Source: an uncultured Bacteroidia bacterium (GTDB taxonomy: Bacteria; Bacteroidota; Bacteroidia; NS11-12g; UBA9320). Taken from it: a stretch of 64,000 nt of DNA. Every line of letters begins with the position of its first letter. Within the stretch, counting starts at the first letter, position 1. Below the pieces are notes generated by a model. That model did no database searches and had not been told where the DNA came from. It worked only from the letters and a program-made list of their open reading frames with translations. The stretch spans positions 329,412 through 393,411 of the forward strand of contig CALSTB010000005.1 of assembly GCA_943789165.1 (NCBI GenBank). The letters are read 5' to 3'. The translations under genes and the position numbers were made by a program. Shown piece by piece: positions 62,250 through 64,000 of the stretch.

Positions 62250-62304
62250 CGGATATTTTGATACTGATTTTCTGAAGATTCACTTATTGTAATACCTTTG
62301 GTGG

Positions 62305-64000
62305 ATGTCGTTTAAATACGTATTCGTCGTACTTTTTGTTGCTATTTCATTTAACGGATTGGCGCAGCAGAAAATCAATTCAGGTGATGCTGAATTGTCC
62401 AATAAACAATCATTACTTATTAAGGTTACCCCCGACTTTGATATTTGTATTCTCGAAGATTTAGGCGCAAACATTGGTTCTCAAGTAGGACAGATACTAA
62501 CGGTATATTGTTCTAGTAAAGATTTATACGATCTAAAACATTGCCAAGGTGTCTTATCTATACAAAACGCAAAAACGCTTCAACCTAATATGAATAGGGC
62601 TATTCCAGATATGCGTGTTGATAGCGTCTATCAAGGATATCGCTTGAAATCTGGATATACAGGAAAAGGTGTTTTAATTGGTATAACCGATTGGGGGTTC
62701 GACTATGGTCATCCAAACTTTTACGAGACATCTCTCCAAAATAGTAGGATTGTGGCTGCTTGGGATCAGTTCAAAACGAGCGGACCTACTCCTGTTGATT
62801 TTCAGTACGGAACAGAATACAATTCAGAAGCGACAATTTTACAAGCGCAATCTGATACAGCTGGTTTATATGATTACGCATATCACGGAAGTCATGTAGC
62901 CGGCATCGCTGGAGGCAGCGGTGCAGGAACCAACTATCGCGGAGTTGCGTATGAAGCAAATTTCCTGATGGTGTCATTGCGTTTAGATGAAGCTGGAGCG
63001 TTGGATGCCTTTGCATGGATGAAGGCAAAAGCGGATGAATTACAGATGCGACTGGTCGTAAACATGAGTTGGGGTTTGTACCACATCGGCTCTATGGACG
63101 GCACTGGTTTACTATCTGAAGCCATTGATGCGTATTCAAAACAAGGCGTCATTTTTGTCACTTCAGCTGGGAATAACGGCGGTGAAACATTTCATATTCA
63201 AAAAGACTTTGCCAATGACACCGTGCATTCAGGTATTGGCTTCGATTCGTATACAAATCCTTTGCTGTGGGGACAATCCATCAGTATGTGGGGAGAACAA
63301 GGTGAAATTTTTAATGTGGAGTTATTGGTTATGAAGAATAACAACGAGGTTGTGTATACGACACCAACTTATACTACCAGTAAAGATTTTAGTTACGTCG
63401 ACACCTTTTTGGTTGTTGACAACGACACGGTGTTTTACAACATTAGTGCAACAAATGCGTATGAGTTTAATGATCGGCCGACCATGCGATTGCGGGTGCG
63501 AGAACGAAGCAGCGAGTACAAAGTTGCAATGCGTTCTTTCGCGGAAAAGGGCGTGGTCCATTATTGGAATGTGGTTGAATTGACGAACGACGCTGGAAAT
63601 TGGGGCGGCAGATTTGAAGACTGGCTGCCGACTTGGGACAAAGGGAATGATGACTATAGTCTTGGCGATCCAGCCTCTACAGAATCTGTCATTGCTGTAG
63701 CCGCGCATACGTCTGAAATTCGCCTGCAAAATGGCAATATTGTCGGTGGTCGACAAGCAAACTTTACGAGCAAGGGGCCGACTTTGGATGGAAGAAGGAA
63801 GCCAGATATATCAGCACCTGGAGTCAGTGTGGCTTCTTCGGTTTCTTCCTTTACAACACAAAATTATACCTTATTAGAGTCGGTTAACTTCAATGGCAAG
63901 GAATATCCATTTACCAGAATATCTGGAACATCTATGGCTTCTCCTGGAGTTGCAGGAGTGGTTGCATTGATGCTCCAAGCAAATCCAGGGTTGATGTATG
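62305..64000 (+). CDS. Secreted S8 serine peptidase, truncated by the window end and absent from the ORF track
   Basis: ATG 62305 starts a signal peptide (MSFKYVFVVLFVAISFNGLAQ). 'TGKGVLIGITDWGFD', 'HGSHVAGIAGG', 'SAGNNG' and 'SGTSMASPGVAG' are all in frame 1. Confidence 0.93.
   Translation, partial: MSFKYVFVVLFVAISFNGLAQQKINSGDAELSNKQSLLIKVTPDFDICILEDLGANIGSQVGQILTVYCSSKDLYDLKHCQGVLSIQNAKTLQPNMNRAIPDMRVDSVYQGYRLKSGYTGKGVLIGITDWGFDYGHPNFYETSLQNSRIVAAWDQFKTSGPTPVDFQYGTEYNSEATILQAQSDTAGLYDYAYHGSHVAGIAGGSGAGTNYRGVAYEANFLMVSLRLDEAGALDAFAWMKAKADELQMRLVVNMSWGLYHIGSMDGTGLLSEAIDAYSKQGVIFVTSAGNNGGETFHIQKDFANDTVHSGIGFDSYTNPLLWGQSISMWGEQGEIFNVELLVMKNNNEVVYTTPTYTTSKDFSYVDTFLVVDNDTVFYNISATNAYEFNDRPTMRLRVRERSSEYKVAMRSFAEKGVVHYWNVVELTNDAGNWGGRFEDWLPTWDKGNDDYSLGDPASTESVIAVAAHTSEIRLQNGNIVGGRQANFTSKGPTLDGRRKPDISAPGVSVASSVSSFTTQNYTLLESVNFNGKEYPFTRISGTSMASPGVAGVVALMLQANPGLMY

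Noticed and set aside
1-64000. Mobile elements, prophage, defence systems, CRISPR, tRNA/rRNA, alternative genetic code
   Set aside because: I recognised no transposase, integrase, reverse transcriptase, cas gene, repeat-spacer array or cloverleaf. Genes are full length under code 11, and the three breaks are indels rather than in-frame stops.

Overview
This is a 64-kb, gene-dense, mostly housekeeping chromosomal segment from a Bacteroidota bacterium. The evidence is T9SS type A and type B cargo proteins, TAnnTTTG -7 promoters and rel-fur-purA synteny. Core genes include rel, fur, purA, guaA, fabG, tatC, rpiB, pepE and recQ. The window also carries several large Cys-rich T9SS adhesin-like proteins, two S8 proteases, glycosylation genes, an ECF sigma/anti-sigma/beta-barrel trio and two two-component systems. 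I found no rRNA, tRNA, CRISPR array, transposase, integrase or phage gene. The most notable observations are: (1) a ~470-nt ORF-free, GC-enriched intergenic region (21706-22176) with several stems that favour the minus strand, a candidate unannotated structured RNA; (2) directly downstream, a CcoO-CcoP-like fused diheme cytochrome c split at an A8 run and coupled to a stand-alone 'RluA N-terminal' domain; (3) a TPR-histidine kinase/NarL cassette with an orphan gene, a small secreted protein and a perfect 9-2-9 palindrome; (4) three genes each broken by one extra base, possibly assembly errors; (5) seven genes whose -7 promoter box lies exactly 4 nt before the start codon, suggesting leaderless mRNAs. 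All family assignments come from reading motifs by eye, with no database searches.
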